Source of the DNA: the human T2T-CHM13v2.0 reference genome, Homo sapiens
Assembly: GCF_009914755.1 (NCBI RefSeq)
Contig: NC_060934.1
DNA length: 64,000 bases
Reading direction: 5' to 3' (one strand)
Notes under the pieces: generated by a model
Databases searched by the model: none
Seen by the model: only the letters and a program-made list of their open reading frames with translations
What the model was told of the DNA's origin: nothing
Translations under genes and position numbers: made by a program
In this document: positions 61,538-64,000 of the stretch, one piece after another
How positions within the stretch are numbered: position 1 is the stretch's first letter
How the letters are laid out: every line of letters starts with the position of its first letter

Positions 61538-61968
61538 TGACTTTCCAAGTTTGGAAAATCAAAAGCCCCTAAAGATAGGAAAGATGACAGCTGTACAAGT
61601 CCTCATGCCTTCCGTTGCACTCTCACTTCCTCTCTCGGAGTCCTCTCATTTCAATTCCCAATTCCATTACTGCACCAAGATTCTGGGGTTCATGCTCCCC
61701 ACAGCCCAAGCACAGACAAATTTCAAATCACTGTCTTTTGCTTCCTATATTTCAACTGAGATTGATGGAGATTTTCAGTTTTACTAAACTTAAGCACACC
61801 CTTGCTCAAGAACCTGCAGTACCTTTCTGGAGTCTATGGAATCAAGTGCACACTTCTAGCTGCAGTAAGATCTTTTATAATCTGACCTCACTCTAGTTGA
61901 ACTTAGCTCTCATGCAATGTAAACCTTCCCTAATCAAGCCAGACTTCTCACTGCTTGTGCATACATCT

Positions 61969-61998
61969 ACACACACACACACACACACACAGAGAGAG
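61969..61998 (+). repeat. Compound microsatellite (AC)11(AG)4
   Basis: Counted directly. Confidence 0.9.
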
Positions 61999-62141
61999 AC
62001 TTAAATACATACAGGTTTATTCTCCACAACACGTAAAAATGTTTATTCCTAGCTCCTGTCTCTTTCCAGGGGTCTTACCTGGAATTCTTGTTTCCTGCCC
62101 TCTGCCAATCCCAACCTCACCCATCTTTTAAGATTTGTTCA

Positions 62142-62876
<735 letters not shown>

Positions 62877-62884
62877 TTAACAAC

Positions 62885-63660
62885 TTTTACAAAAATCTTG
62901 GTAAAAATTACATAATATTTACCATCTTTATAATTTTTTATGTGTGCAGTTCAGTAGTGTTTAGTACATTTCGCTTGTTGTGCAACCAATCTCCAGAACC
63001 TTTTTTTTTCAAGACGGGGTCTCACTCTGCCTCCCAAAGTGCTGGGATTACAGGCATGAGCCACCGCGTCTGGTCCAGAACTTTTACATTTTGTAAAACT
63101 GAAGCTGTATACCCACCCATTGAACAATAACTCATCATTTCCCCCTTCCTCAGCCTCTGGCAACCACCATTCTACTTTCTGTTTGTATGAATTTGACTAT
63201 TATATAAAATATAAGTAGATTTAAGTGGAATTATACAGTATTTGCCTTTTTGTGACCAGCTTATTTCACTTACTATGCTGTCTTCAGGGTTTATTGAAGT
63301 TTTAGCATGTGATGGGATTTCGTTCCTTTTTAAGACTAATATTCCATGTGTAGATATGCTGCATTTTGTTTATCCATTTATCTGCGTGGACATTTGGGTT
63401 GCTTCCCCCTCTTGGCTATTGTGAACAGTGCTGCTATGAACAAAGGTATGCAAATCTCTCATCAAGACCCTGCTTTTACTTCTATATCTAGAAGTGGAGT
63501 TGCTGGATCATCTGGTAGTTCTGATTTTTTGAGGAACTGCCATATATCAGCTGCACAATTTTACAATCCCACCAACAGTGCACAAGGATTCCACTCTCTC
63601 CACATGATCACCAACACTTGTTATTTTCTGTTTATTTTTTCTTTATAGTTGCCATCCTGT
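62885..63660 (-). mobile_element. L1MB-like 3' fragment containing a collapsed ~75-bp Alu remnant (~63001-63075)
   Basis: CAGTTCAGTAGTGTTTAGTACATT...GGCAACCACCATTCTACTTTCTG...GCTGCTATGAACA. Confidence 0.8.
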
Positions 63661-64000
63661 TTAAAGACTTTTTCATTGTTTCATGTAAATTCATTTTGTC
63701 TTCCTAACAGATTTCATGTGTCTTCAGGGCAGGAATCTTGCCCTGTTCTCCTGTGTACCCTCAGTGCCTAGCACCGCATGAGGCATGTCCTTAGGTGTCT
63801 GAAGGTCCTTTTTGGTTGATTGGATGAAATGAACAGTTTGAGTTGAGCTTAGTCCTTTTGAGAACTTAGGGTAGAATTCCCTTTACAAACAGAACAAGCT
63901 GACTGCTATGATACAGACTGAATGAATCTTCAGGACACTGCTGCACTGTGGAGCAAAGTCTGCATGGGGACAGTGTCACTGTCGCTTCCTCTTTGACTGA

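Overview
Primate (almost certainly human) genomic DNA containing the 5' part of CAMK2G (Ca2+/calmodulin-dependent protein kinase II gamma) on the minus strand. I mapped coding exons 1-12 (946 nt, M1-S315: kinase domain plus regulatory segment), all with GT-AG boundaries and one continuous reading frame. A 63-nt alternative linker exon lies at 934-996; the remaining linker and hub exons are left of the window. A CpG-island promoter sits at about 35.05-36.55 kb. The last ~27 kb is Alu/L1/L2/MIR-rich upstream sequence with no supportable protein-coding gene (from memory of the human locus, PLAU lies a few kb beyond the right edge). I see no convincing new multi-gene system. The best leads are: (1) a Kozak-ATG mini-ORF ending at a splice donor, with MEF2-like sites upstream, in the intron paralogous to the one holding the CAMK2A alphaKAP exon; (2) a consensus frameshifting donor 37 nt downstream of exon 12; (3) an RBFOX motif cluster beside the alternative exon; (4) a possible non-AUG Arg-rich N-terminal extension; (5) a templated-insertion repair scar inside an Alu; (6) a divergent CTCF motif pair. 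Repeat family names and repeat coordinates were assigned by eye and are approximate.
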